A stretch of 64,000 nucleotides of DNA from an uncultured Spirochaetota bacterium (GCA_963783575.1 CAWAOD010000016.1:253153-317152), one strand, 5' to 3'. Counted from the stretch's first letter, positions 51,854 to 61,874 are shown. Notes: generated by a model from the sequence alone, not told the origin. Numbers and translations are program-made.

Positions 51854-52575
51854 AAACCTCTGATAAAATACTGATTTATTTAGTTTTTACTGTTGTATTT
51901 GCGATAGCCGTCATGGTTGTGACATCGAGATTTATTATAATCCAGCAGAATTTAGCACCTGAACAAAATAAGCTTTCAGAAACCGGCTTAATTACAAAAG
52001 ATTATCCGGTTGAAAACTTTTCCGGCATCTCCGTTTCCGGCGGATGGGAGGTAGACATTTCTAAAAGCTCCGGAAATGAGTATCAGGTTCAGATTACACT
52101 TCCGAAAACGGAATCGGACAATATAGATATTTATAAACTTAATGATCAATTAAATATAAAATATAAAAATGGTTTATTTGACGGAAATGATTACAGTCTG
52201 GGAACTCATAAAATCAAAATCACCCTTCCGATACTTTCACGGATCGAATTAAGCGGCGGAACCGAAACCATATTTTCGGGTTTTCAGTCCGATAGAATGG
52301 CCGTGATTATTTCCGGAAGTTCAAAACTCATTGGCAGAGGCAATTCCATTGGAAACTTATCAGTAAATTGTTCCGGAGCTTCAAAGATGGAACTCGGTGA
52401 GAGTATAGTGACTAATGCCGATCTTCAAATTTCAGGCGCAAGCTCAATAGATTTGAAAATGGCAGGTGGCGAACTTACCGGGAATGCGAGCGGAGTTGTA
52501 ACAATTCTATATTCCGGCAACATCCGCATGCAGGATATTCACCAATCGGGAATAGTTACGATAGTGAAAAGATAG
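51850..52575 (+). CDS. Head GIN / DUF2807 domain protein
   Basis: N-terminal TM segment; repeated SG(A/S)S strands. Confidence 0.75.
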   Translation: MKTSDKILIYLVFTVVFAIAVMVVTSRFIIIQQNLAPEQNKLSETGLITKDYPVENFSGISVSGGWEVDISKSSGNEYQVQITLPKTESDNIDIYKLNDQLNIKYKNGLFDGNDYSLGTHKIKITLPILSRIELSGGTETIFSGFQSDRMAVIISGSSKLIGRGNSIGNLSVNCSGASKMELGESIVTNADLQISGASSIDLKMAGGELTGNASGVVTILYSGNIRMQDIHQSGIVTIVKR

Positions 52576-52734
52576 AACTATATATACTCCTCTCCTTAAT
52601 AGGGAGGGACGGGGGAGTGGTAATTTTTGCATAATTATTACCACCCCTTACCCCTCCAAAAATACATAAAACCTTAAATATCCGGTTGAAATGCTTTGAG
52701 TTGGTTAAGTTATCCGGGTTGATTAGCTTATAAT

Positions 52735-53691
52735 TTATCTAGGAAATATCGCGGTAATTTTAGACTCAATTGTTTGTCTTTTATAATTTAGTATATTGAT
52801 TAAATCAATTTTACTTTTAGCCTTTGTTTTTTGATAGATATTGTAAACATGGTTTCTGACCGTTAACGTGGCTATACCAAGAGCGGAAGCCATCATTTTG
52901 TTTGTAAAACCTTTAGCGATCATAATAATAATTTCCTTTTCCCTGGGCGTTATACCGAATTGATGAATAATATCTTCAGGAATATCATCCGCCAAGATCT
53001 GCGGAGTTCCTGCAAAAAGATACTTTGCCATAAAAACAACCATTATCAGGTTCCAGATAAAATAGAATAAGTTTTCAAGAGATAAAGGCCTCAAAATATT
53101 TAGAAAATTGAAGTCCCAGAAATATTCCAGAATCCAGAGCGGAATAAAAATCCCGAACAGAATAATAGAGATGATAATAAGCATCTTTTTTTCTCTAACC
53201 TTTATATTTCTTAATTGAAAAATCGACAGGATAAAAAGATAAAAAGCGATACCGATGATCATCCAGGCATTAATTTTAAAACCGTTAATTTTTGCTTCAT
53301 CAGCTTCCCAACTCGTATAGAAACAGGGTATAAAAGCCAAAATAAGAGTAAACAAAAACATAGAACCGAAAACGATCTTTGGTAATAGAGAAAATTTAAT
53401 ATTTAATAATTTATGGAAAATCAAAGGCATAGTATAAAACATGATACCATACAAGAAATGATGGAGAAAGATGGGCCAGATACTATTATAGGTGTTATAT
53501 TGAGAAAGAATTGTAATCCGGTAAAATTCGACATTGCCCAGAATCAGTGTACCGGTGAAAGCAACCAGCCAGATTATATAATATAAGATCGTTTGAATTT
53601 TGTACTTCAAATAGATTAACAGCATCAATGTCAAACCGGCAAAACCGGTTGAATATGAAATTAGATAGTAAATAAATATATAATATTTCAT
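52735..53691 (-). CDS. Membrane-integrated LuxR-family regulator
   Basis: Multi-TM N-terminus; ITPREKEI..GFTNK..TVRNHVYNIYQK. Confidence 0.88.
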   Translation of the reverse strand: MKYYIFIYYLISYSTGFAGLTLMLLIYLKYKIQTILYYIIWLVAFTGTLILGNVEFYRITILSQYNTYNSIWPIFLHHFLYGIMFYTMPLIFHKLLNIKFSLLPKIVFGSMFLFTLILAFIPCFYTSWEADEAKINGFKINAWMIIGIAFYLFILSIFQLRNIKVREKKMLIIISIILFGIFIPLWILEYFWDFNFLNILRPLSLENLFYFIWNLIMVVFMAKYLFAGTPQILADDIPEDIIHQFGITPREKEIIIMIAKGFTNKMMASALGIATLTVRNHVYNIYQKTKAKSKIDLINILNYKRQTIESKITAIFPR

Positions 53692-53893
53692 AATAATGAA
53701 TCTAATGCTTAGTATTTTATACTAAAACCTTAAATTTCACAATAATTGCAGTATTTTATCGCTTGTATGGTTCATATGACCTACTTCAATGATAACCATT
53801 TCTGGTACAAAATTCCTATTGAAAAATACCCTCCTTGTTTTTATTATAAATGAACTTTTTGGTTTTATATGCTGATTTTCATAGGAGGAATTT

Positions 53894-55195
53894 ATGAAGA
53901 AAAAAAATGCAATAGTTAGTACAGTTCTTGGTTTATTCATTGCCGGAGCAATTTCATCCGGTTGTGTATTGCTTGACAAAACAGAACCGATCGGTATTCC
54001 GGCCTCAGATTTTGACAAAATCCATGCGGTTACCGGAGATGATACAAACAAATTTCTTATCCTCGGCAATGTAACGGCCGAAATGCCTTCAAAAGGCCTT
54101 TCAAAGGATCTGCAGCCTTTTCCGGGAAGATGGGAGGGGTATAATTACAATCTTCCAGTAAAAAAGGATTTAAAAATAGTGCTTATTATAAGCAGTATTA
54201 ATGAAAAGAACTCGGATGGCATAATATACTACGGTTATAATCTGCAATATCCTATGGGAATCAATAAGATAAATTTAAAAGTTGTTAGGCGGGAAAGTGT
54301 TGAAATCAAGGCCTCTATACAGCAAGAACAACTCCCATGGATGACGAGTCATATCAAACTAAAATATAACAAAACAAAAGACAGCCTGAGCGGAGAAATA
54401 TCACACGGAATTTTTGGAGGTACCGATACAATAGAGCTAAGAAGGAGTGAATCTTTTTATGTATACAAAGATTATAAGGCATACCTTGCAGGCAAACGAA
54501 TTTATACAAAGAATTATAATAATACGGATTTGAATAAATACGGGAAAGGCTATATGGTATATCTTCCCGATGGATATGAAGAGAAAACTTCCGAAAAATG
54601 GCCTTTAATCCTATTCCTGCATGGGACGGGTGACCGTGGTACAAATGTATTCCTGCTTGCAAAGGCAAGTCCATATATGATGATCCGGGAAAAAGGCCCG
54701 CTCCCCTTTATTATTATCGCACCGCTTTTAAATCTATCGAAGGATTTCCGTTGTTTTCCCGGGCATTATCTCGAAGGCGTACTTGATGAAGTTATGGAAA
54801 ATTACAGGGTTGACGATAAGAGGATTTATCTCACTGGGATCAGCATGGGCGGTGAGGCAAGTTATCGTTTTTCGCTGGAACATCCCGAAAAATTTGCCGC
54901 AGTTGCATCTTTATCAGGGTGTCTGGCAAAATATGATTCCGCTTTCTACCGTGAAAAAGAAGAAATGAAAAACATTCCGTTAAGCCGGTTAAAAGGAGTT
55001 CCGGCCTGGGAGATACATGGATCGGATGATATTATTGTTCCGGTAGATAAAGCACAGGGTACGATTAACGATTTTAATAATTCAGGGGTCAATATCATGT
55101 TCACAATATTGAAAAATCATGATCATGATGTCTGGAGCGACACATATACGGATCCCGAATTCTATAAATGGTTTCTTCAGTATAAAAAAAATTAA
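53894..55195 (+). CDS. Probable lipoprotein with C-terminal alpha/beta-hydrolase (esterase) domain
   Basis: Lipobox-like SSGC; LFLHG, GISMG nucleophile elbow, HGSDD and HDVW. Confidence 0.82.
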   Translation: MKKKNAIVSTVLGLFIAGAISSGCVLLDKTEPIGIPASDFDKIHAVTGDDTNKFLILGNVTAEMPSKGLSKDLQPFPGRWEGYNYNLPVKKDLKIVLIISSINEKNSDGIIYYGYNLQYPMGINKINLKVVRRESVEIKASIQQEQLPWMTSHIKLKYNKTKDSLSGEISHGIFGGTDTIELRRSESFYVYKDYKAYLAGKRIYTKNYNNTDLNKYGKGYMVYLPDGYEEKTSEKWPLILFLHGTGDRGTNVFLLAKASPYMMIREKGPLPFIIIAPLLNLSKDFRCFPGHYLEGVLDEVMENYRVDDKRIYLTGISMGGEASYRFSLEHPEKFAAVASLSGCLAKYDSAFYREKEEMKNIPLSRLKGVPAWEIHGSDDIIVPVDKAQGTINDFNNSGVNIMFTILKNHDHDVWSDTYTDPEFYKWFLQYKKN

Positions 55196-55268
55196 TCGGA
55201 ATTTATTTGACAAATTTCTCATTTTTGATTAGAATCTTTCCGATAGTAAATTAAGGAGTAAAGTTTCT

Positions 55269-55376
55269 ATGTACTTTGCGAACACACATTGCAGAATGAT
55301 CAATACAATTAAGTCAGCACTCGTGATTGTCAAACAGAAGAGGTGTAACCTGTTTGCAAGGTATTATATTTTGTAA
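55269..55376 (+). CDS. Putative 35-aa leader peptide (MYFANTHCRMINTIKSALVIVKQKRCNLFARYYIL)
   Basis: AAGGAG RBS, upstream TTGACA at 55208, and a terminator just downstream. Confidence 0.5.
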   Translation: MYFANTHCRMINTIKSALVIVKQKRCNLFARYYIL

Positions 55377-55394
55377 ATATAATATAAAATGCAT

Positions 55395-55429
55395 AAAAAC
55401 CCGCAGGTTACAACCTGCGGGTTTTTTTT
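55395..55429 (+). terminator. Intrinsic terminator / attenuator
   Basis: AAAAACCCGCAGGTT / AACCTGCGGGTTTTT stem ending in T8. Confidence 0.85.
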
Positions 55430-55518
55430 GGCAAATTACAGTCAGGCATCTTGCCTGTAAAAATTCAGCCGGTGATTTTCCCGGGTGGGAAATTTTACCG
55501 GCAGGTACGGAGGTTTTT

Positions 55519-56118
55519 ATGAATTACGTCAGGACAGGCCTTAACAGGAACGTTTTTTACACTATTTTGAGGCACAGGCTCTTTCTTCCTTATGGAAGGA
55601 TTATGCCACGCAGTTCATACTTTGCGCTTTTAAACTATGACAAAAAGGTATTGATTAATACCGGTGTCATAGAAAATCAACCCGAAATAGAGTTTATTCT
55701 GGACAAAGCCGGATTAAAGTTTATGGATATCGATATTGTCATCAATATGACCTCCAGGCCGGAACATATAGGTTTGAACGCCGTTATCCAGTATTACAAT
55801 AAGAAAGCAAGGTTTTATACTCATCCTGATGAGGCGGATTTTATCGAGAATACGGTACTGCAGAGGGAAGAGCGCTTTATCCCGGGATTTTTCAAGCTGG
55901 TCGCGGGAAATACCGAAGGAGTAACGGTTCTTAATGAAGGCAGAGAATTTGACCTTGGCGGGGAAAGGCTTAAAATAAACTTCAATCACAACAAAAAAGC
56001 TGAGGATGGCAGGTTTAAGATACTGCTTGAAGAAAGCGGTTTGATCATAAAAAGCGATGAAATTAAATCGGCTGCCCGGGAAAAACCTGCAAATCAGCAG
56101 TATCTCAAAGCCGGTTAG
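55519..56118 (+). CDS. Degenerate metallo-beta-lactamase-fold protein
   Basis: VLINTG, IDIVINMTSRPEHIG and THPDEA pattern. Start set at ATG 55519 (GGAGG RBS) because the longer ORF runs through the terminator. Confidence 0.65.
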   Translation: MNYVRTGLNRNVFYTILRHRLFLPYGRIMPRSSYFALLNYDKKVLINTGVIENQPEIEFILDKAGLKFMDIDIVINMTSRPEHIGLNAVIQYYNKKARFYTHPDEADFIENTVLQREERFIPGFFKLVAGNTEGVTVLNEGREFDLGGERLKINFNHNKKAEDGRFKILLEESGLIIKSDEIKSAAREKPANQQYLKAG

Positions 56119-56129
56119 CCCCTCGGCAG

Positions 56130-56228
56130 CAGACTGTGTGAAAACTCGGCTTTTTGAAGCGTAATTCTATATTTTCCGTTTTGTAACTTCAATAAATACT
56201 TAATGAATAATTGTTTTCGCACAGTCTG
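56130..56228. mobile_element. 99-bp non-autonomous MITE with the IS1182 ends
   Basis: CAGACTGTGTGAAAACTC ... GTTTTCGCACAGTCTG; the same termini as 10349-12039. Confidence 0.85.
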
Positions 56229-56277
56229 AAAGCTCATGACAGGCTCTGTTGAAGGGTAACCTCTTCCTCTATAAAAA

Positions 56278-56310
56278 AACCGGAAGTGGAACAATCATCC
56301 GCTTCCGGTT
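56278..56310 (-). terminator. Probable terminator for the minus-strand ABC operon
   Basis: AACCGGAAG(T/C)GGA stem preceded by an A run on the plus strand. Confidence 0.65.
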
Positions 56311-56377
56311 AAACTAAATTAATAAGTAACAAGATTGTGAGGAGTGGAAAAGTTCGAAAGCTAACTGCACAGCCGGG

Positions 56378-57355
56378 TCAAGCGGCACGCTTGTTCTTTA
56401 CAGGTTTCTGTTCCTTCTTCTTGTATAATTTATCGACTTGCATATTGTCAACTTTCCACTTAGGCAATATAAAAGGCTGGCTGTTTTCGGAAGAAACCCC
56501 TTCATATTGATCATCCTTACCGGTGTAAACCGAAAGTGTGTAATCCTTTTTCCCTGATAAAAGAATCCTGAACAGTATTTTTGATTTTGCGAAATCCGCT
56601 ATTTTTTTATCATAGATAAACCTGTCGCAGCTTAATTCCGATGAATCCCGTACAATCTGATCCAGTTCCGGTTCGCTTACATCCCTGCCGTTTTCTGCGG
56701 TCCAGACCGGCTTAACATTGGTTTGAACAGTATTATTAGTCTCTTTAACGATGTTAGTTATATTCTGTTTAAAGAATTTATCCGTCTTGCCGGTTTTATC
56801 CGTAACGCTTACGGCGTTTATGATATTTCTGTCAAATGTCATCACGTTTTTATTCCTGAAGGAATCGGCATCGGAATCGAAAATCGATCGTAATGGATCC
56901 TGAGCTATATAAACCTCTTTATGATCCGGAAGCTTAATATATGTATGCTTGCCTGTGGAGACCTCATTTCCGATGTCGAACGTTCTCAATAAGGTATCTC
57001 CTTTATATGCTTTGACATTGATTTTATTGCTCTCATCAAGCTGGTAGAGCGCGTAATTCTTTGATTCGGAGGCAAGGTCGGAAATCTTCAAACCTGTAAT
57101 GGATGAAATAACATTACTGATTTTATTATTATCTCCCGGATATTTTTCATTATTGACGATCCAGGCTCCGTTTTCCACTTTTAATGTTACAGTCCCATTG
57201 GTCTTATTGATCACAACTCCGGTTATTTCACCCTGTTTTATTTGTGTCAGCCGGGGAATCTTAAAGTTTGTTCTATTCGAATTACTGTTGAATACCAGAA
57301 TCAATACCAGTATTATAATCACACCGGCCAGAATTAAATAATTCCTTGATTTCAT
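56378..57355 (-). CDS. DUF4340 domain protein
   Basis: N-terminal TM anchor; W..N..YP.D, Y.L, IG and FRNK pattern; last gene of a GldAFG-like operon. Confidence 0.75.
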   Translation of the reverse strand: MKSRNYLILAGVIIILVLILVFNSNSNRTNFKIPRLTQIKQGEITGVVINKTNGTVTLKVENGAWIVNNEKYPGDNNKISNVISSITGLKISDLASESKNYALYQLDESNKINVKAYKGDTLLRTFDIGNEVSTGKHTYIKLPDHKEVYIAQDPLRSIFDSDADSFRNKNVMTFDRNIINAVSVTDKTGKTDKFFKQNITNIVKETNNTVQTNVKPVWTAENGRDVSEPELDQIVRDSSELSCDRFIYDKKIADFAKSKILFRILLSGKKDYTLSVYTGKDDQYEGVSSENSQPFILPKWKVDNMQVDKLYKKKEQKPVKNKRAA

Positions 57356-57370
57356 TTTAAATTCTCCTAT

Positions 57371-59536
57371 CTATTTTTTCACAAACATGGCTTCAATATG
57401 CTTTTTCCTGGATATCCGTCTCATCCAGACCAGAATTCCGGCAAGAATAACAAGAACCGGCAGCCCTGCGATGTTAAATGTTTTAGTAAAGGTCTTAATT
57501 TCCGGCCTGACTTCCTTTAAAGGATTGAAACCCTGAGACTTGCTCCGCATGACCGCGTTATCCGTTTTACCGTTTAAATAATCTATCACATTCATAATAA
57601 ACATAGCGTTCGGGGAAATTCCCTGATCGTCAAGCATGTTGTCTTTGAGTACTTCCGATGTGGCGATAAGGAATATTTTTCCGGGCTTCCCATTTCCTAT
57701 TATTCCGACCTCATTTGTGATGCCGTTAGAGCCTGTCTGCGGTTTTTGTTTGTTTTTATTTGTTACCCCGGTTTCTTCCCTGGCAGGAACATTCTTGCCG
57801 GTAAAGAATGAGTTGAATTTTCCATCAAGAATATAGGCAAGAGGATAAGCTTTTTTGTCTTTATCCTGCGCCGGCGCTATCATCATCGGATTCAGGGTAA
57901 TACGGCCTTCCATCAGCCAGGATTTATCGGATGAACTAAAAAGCTGTATACTTTTAACCGATGAACTGTCTATTGAATTTGTCAAGAGTTCGAGAGGCGC
58001 TATCTTTAGCATTATCAGCTGCTTGATCTGGTTTATAAAATCCAGTTTCTGGCTGATATTTTTTGTTTTAATGATCGGGGCATAATAGATGGGAAAATCG
58101 CCCTGTTCCGCATTCTGCTGGATATAGCAGCTTTCATCAAGTACATAAGCTTTTTTGTATCCAAGGCCGTAGTGGTTAAGCAGGGTGTCAAGACCGGTAT
58201 CGTTGGGGACGGATATCGGCTCCTGTCCTCCGCCAAAGCCTCCCTCCTGATGTATCTGAATTTCATTGAAAGTGTGGTAAAAAATCGCCAGAGATTTGCC
58301 CTTCATTAAAAACTGGTCGATCTGGAAGAGATCGTAATCGGTAAATTTCTCTTTTGGACCTGCAATTATAAGAGTTTGGATTCCTTCGGGAATGTTCTCT
58401 TTTTTCAGGTTGACATCTTTTATATTGTAATTTTGCGATAATATCCCGTGAAATTTGCCCATTTCCTGGGCCGTTAATGTACCATGATCGGCTAGATAGC
58501 CGATTTCCTGGTTTACGTTTATCAGGTTCTCAATTGAAGCATTTATCGAGTTTTCAACAGCGTTTATTTCCTCAAGCTGGTATTGAGTTCCTATAATCGG
58601 AATTTGCATCATATTTATAAGCTGCAGGGTTTCGGATTTTCCGCCGTATTCTATCACAAGGCCGATATAACCCTTTCCCGCTTCGATTTTATTGCCGGGA
58701 TGAGAACGGTCGCTTAGAGCCGGCCATTTTAAGCTTAAGAGATTGTATCCTACGGCTGTCTTCTCAAGCTCCGGATTGATTGTCGGATCAAGGTATGTAA
58801 ATTTGAGTTTGCCGTAGTTTTTGTCATTAAGGCTTGATACAAGATTTCCTATCTTCTGGGGCAGGTCGGCCAATCCCGGCAGGTTCATATAAGGCCCAAG
58901 CACCTTGAGGGAGCTTGACATAACAAGCTTCACTTCGATCTGATTCGTAATGTTGATCAGCGCGCTGATCTTATTGTTCATCTTCTGCATCATGGTCGTA
59001 ATCCTGTATTCAAGGCCTTCGGTGGAAGAAACGGAAACAATTTTATCTACAATGTTACCATGGATAAAAACCATTCCCATATAAGCATTCTGGAATTTAA
59101 CCTCGTCCTGTTCAAGCTGCTGCACACGGACCGGATAAAGTCCGTAATCTTCAGCCATTTTCTGGTTATTCTGGGCTTCGAACCCAACCTGGCCTTCCTT
59201 TCCGCTTACATCATAGAATTCATAATTAAAGTAACGGTTTCCCTGCATGGAGTATTCCTTCAAAAGGTCATGAAGATATCTTTCAACGCCGTTGTAAGGA
59301 GCCGGAAGGTTTTTTGTAAAAAACACCTTGATTGTCATTGGTTCCGAAAGTGTCGAGACGACTTTTTTGCTTGCTTTTGAAAGCGAATAAACATGGTTCC
59401 TGGTAAGATCAAGCCTTAAAAAGAGATTGACGCTTACAAGATTTATCAGGATAACGATTATCGCATAAATTACAAGTTTGTCGTACTTTCCGAGAACGGA
59501 TAATATATTATCATTTTTTTTCTTTTCCATAATCAT
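57371..59536 (-). CDS. GldG-like ABC auxiliary component
   Basis: RLDLT...YSLS.AS, LEY.IT, IGYL..HG and IDQFLMKG motifs; C-terminal TM segment. Start uncertain; placed at the ATG after an AGGAG RBS. Confidence 0.82.
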   Translation of the reverse strand: MIMEKKKNDNILSVLGKYDKLVIYAIIVILINLVSVNLFLRLDLTRNHVYSLSKASKKVVSTLSEPMTIKVFFTKNLPAPYNGVERYLHDLLKEYSMQGNRYFNYEFYDVSGKEGQVGFEAQNNQKMAEDYGLYPVRVQQLEQDEVKFQNAYMGMVFIHGNIVDKIVSVSSTEGLEYRITTMMQKMNNKISALINITNQIEVKLVMSSSLKVLGPYMNLPGLADLPQKIGNLVSSLNDKNYGKLKFTYLDPTINPELEKTAVGYNLLSLKWPALSDRSHPGNKIEAGKGYIGLVIEYGGKSETLQLINMMQIPIIGTQYQLEEINAVENSINASIENLINVNQEIGYLADHGTLTAQEMGKFHGILSQNYNIKDVNLKKENIPEGIQTLIIAGPKEKFTDYDLFQIDQFLMKGKSLAIFYHTFNEIQIHQEGGFGGGQEPISVPNDTGLDTLLNHYGLGYKKAYVLDESCYIQQNAEQGDFPIYYAPIIKTKNISQKLDFINQIKQLIMLKIAPLELLTNSIDSSSVKSIQLFSSSDKSWLMEGRITLNPMMIAPAQDKDKKAYPLAYILDGKFNSFFTGKNVPAREETGVTNKNKQKPQTGSNGITNEVGIIGNGKPGKIFLIATSEVLKDNMLDDQGISPNAMFIMNVIDYLNGKTDNAVMRSKSQGFNPLKEVRPEIKTFTKTFNIAGLPVLVILAGILVWMRRISRKKHIEAMFVKK

Positions 59537-59540
59537 ACTC

Positions 59541-60254
59541 CTATTTGTTTCCCTGCATCGTGTATTCCGACGCATAGAGTGCAATAAACGAAACGCTTAT
59601 AAAATAGATCAGATCTCTTGAGTCCACAATCCCTCTCGCAATATTGTCAAAATGATAATTAGCCCCGAGGAACTGGAAAATATTTACGATGCCTGAAGGC
59701 AAAAATACCAGGATCTTATCGAACAGGGTTAACAGAAAGCATATCGCGCACCCGATGATAAAAGACACGATCTGGTTTCTTGTCAGCGAGGAGGCGAAAA
59801 TCCCTACCGAAACATAAGCCGCGCTTAAAAAGAACGCCCCGATATACCCGCCGATTACCGGGCCCATATCAATATCGCCCATAAAAGCTATGAATATGAC
59901 ATAGGAAAATGTAGGAACAAGCATAATAGCAATAAACGCAAGAGCGGCAAGAAATTTCCCGATGATCACATCATGAAAGGTGATCGGCATTGTAATCAAA
60001 ACCTCGTATGAACCTATGTTAAGCTCTTCAGAAAACAGGCGCATTGTAACCGCCGGAATGATGAATGAAAGTATAAGCGGCAGAAGACTGAAAAAATTCC
60101 GCATTTCTGTCTGTTTATAAATAAAAAAAGTTGAAAAGAAAAACCAGCCCGAGATTACCAGAAAGATGGATATTACTATGTATGCGATGGGTGATATAAA
60201 GTAGCCCTTAAACTCCTTTTTAAAAACATTTCCAAAATTCTTCAGTTGTATCAT
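59541..60254 (-). CDS. GldF-like ABC-2 permease
   Basis: KEFKGYFISPIAY, TMRLFSEE and ASSLTRNQI motifs. Confidence 0.88.
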   Translation of the reverse strand: MIQLKNFGNVFKKEFKGYFISPIAYIVISIFLVISGWFFFSTFFIYKQTEMRNFFSLLPLILSFIIPAVTMRLFSEELNIGSYEVLITMPITFHDVIIGKFLAALAFIAIMLVPTFSYVIFIAFMGDIDMGPVIGGYIGAFFLSAAYVSVGIFASSLTRNQIVSFIIGCAICFLLTLFDKILVFLPSGIVNIFQFLGANYHFDNIARGIVDSRDLIYFISVSFIALYASEYTMQGNK

Positions 60255-60255
60255 A

Positions 60256-61191
60256 TCAATTCTCCTTTGTTAATTCCCTGAAAAGCTCTTCCAGGGTTTT
60301 CTTTTCCTGCCTGAATTCAAGCAGGATCCAGTCTTTATTTTTTATTGTTTTATAAATTGACGGCCTGATATCTTCTGCCGAATTTGAATAGATCGTCGCC
60401 GAAGTATTTCCCTTCGAGCTTTCGGATTCTTCAACTTTAACGATTCCTCCAAGCTTTTTCAATTCCTTTTCCAGATCCTTGAATGACGCGCCGGATAATG
60501 TCAGGCTGATTGAATAATCGCTCTGGCCTGATTTTTTCAAATCCTCCATTGTGCCGTCGGCCACTATTTTGCCTTTATTTATGATAACAACCCTATCGCA
60601 GGTGGCTTCTACTTCGCTTAGGATATGCGATGAGAGTATGACTGTTTTTTCCCTTCCGATTCGTTTGATAAGTTCGCGAATTTCCACTATCTGGTTCGGA
60701 TCGAGACCGGAGGTGGGCTCATCAAGAACCATAATTTCGGGGTCGCTCATCAGGGCATGTGCCAGTCCGACCCTTTGTTTCAAGCCTTTTGAAAGTTCAT
60801 GAACGGAACGGTGCATAATCTCACGGAGGCCGCAGATATCAGCCAATTCCTGAAGCCTTGCTTCGGTTTTTTCCGGTGTAATTCCGCGAATCCCGGCGAC
60901 ATACTCAAGATAGTCATAAACCAGCATATCCTGGTAAAGCGGCGCGGATTCCGGGAGATAGCCGATACAGTTCTTAATATCAAGTGAATCTTTGCGGATA
61001 TCCATATCCTTGACTTTTATCGTGCCTTCGGTCGGCGGGAAATAGCATGTCAGCATACGCAGCGTTGTGGTTTTACCGGCTCCGTTAGGCCCAAGTAAAC
61101 CGAGGATTTCACCCTTTTTAATTTCGAAGCTGATGTGATCGACCGCGCAAAAATCATCGTAATACTTTGTCAATCCTTCAACATTGATCAT
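60256..61191 (-). CDS. GldA-like ABC ATP-binding protein
   Basis: GPNGAGKTT, LSKGLKQRVGLA and LDEPTSGLDPNQ motifs. Confidence 0.92.
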   Translation of the reverse strand: MINVEGLTKYYDDFCAVDHISFEIKKGEILGLLGPNGAGKTTTLRMLTCYFPPTEGTIKVKDMDIRKDSLDIKNCIGYLPESAPLYQDMLVYDYLEYVAGIRGITPEKTEARLQELADICGLREIMHRSVHELSKGLKQRVGLAHALMSDPEIMVLDEPTSGLDPNQIVEIRELIKRIGREKTVILSSHILSEVEATCDRVVIINKGKIVADGTMEDLKKSGQSDYSISLTLSGASFKDLEKELKKLGGIVKVEESESSKGNTSATIYSNSAEDIRPSIYKTIKNKDWILLEFRQEKKTLEELFRELTKEN

Positions 61192-61265
61192 AATGTTCTC
61201 CTTTTAATATTAGCGTAAAATTTAATCTGTTTATTTTTAGATATAAAACTATTGCCTAAATAAAA

Positions 61266-61410
61266 TTTAACAAGCAGGCTCATTGACCCAGGTATAATTC
61301 CTCGCAGTTTACTATAATACAGGTCAAGTTGGTTTCATGCTATTCTGTATTTATAATACCCCACAGCGCTTGCACTGAGTTAGTCGAATGTGTGCTGCGG
61401 GAATAGTTTA
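61266..61410. repeat. Repeat family A, diverged inverted copy
   Basis: TTTAACAAGC..TTGACCC at one end and AATACCCCACAGC...GCTGCGGGAATAGTTTA at the other are reverse complements of the family A termini. Confidence 0.65.
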
Positions 61411-61874
61411 TATCCTGTCATAATAAGAAAGTAAGCATATATGATATAAAAAGAATAAAAAAAAATCAAGATAGAAGCAGGTTTCAATTTAAAAATAATG
61501 GTTCATCCGGCTAAAGCATACTTCTATTAAAAACTGTGGTAAATTTTGAATTTCCGTTCAAACAATAGTTAATTATATTAAGATAACTTTTCATAAAAAT
61601 CTTTCATTTATGGCATAAATAAAATATACCCGATTTTAATAAAAAATGTTACAAAATTTGAGGTGATAAAATTTCCGCTCTATTATTGCCTGTTTATTTA
61701 ATTTTAATTATAATTTTATATTGAACAGGTGTGAGTATAAAAGAAGGTAAAATTCTAATAATCTTCAGAAAGAAGCGCTGGTTGCCGAAAAAATTATTAC
61801 TGGTTTATAAACGGTTTTTATATGTGCCGCAATATGTTAAATAACCGCCGATCATTCAAATTTCCGGAGGGTTT

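Noticed and set aside
52588..52660. C/G-run inverted sequence after the DUF2807 gene as another repeat family
   Set aside because: Single degenerate occurrence in the window; may simply be a terminator.
55327..55518. N-terminal extension of the 263-aa ORF
   Set aside because: Runs through a terminator and hairpins; a good RBS and ATG exist at 55519.
56355..56395. Integron attC site (AAC...GTTAG on the minus strand)
   Set aside because: Too short, lacks paired L boxes, and there is no integrase or cassette array.
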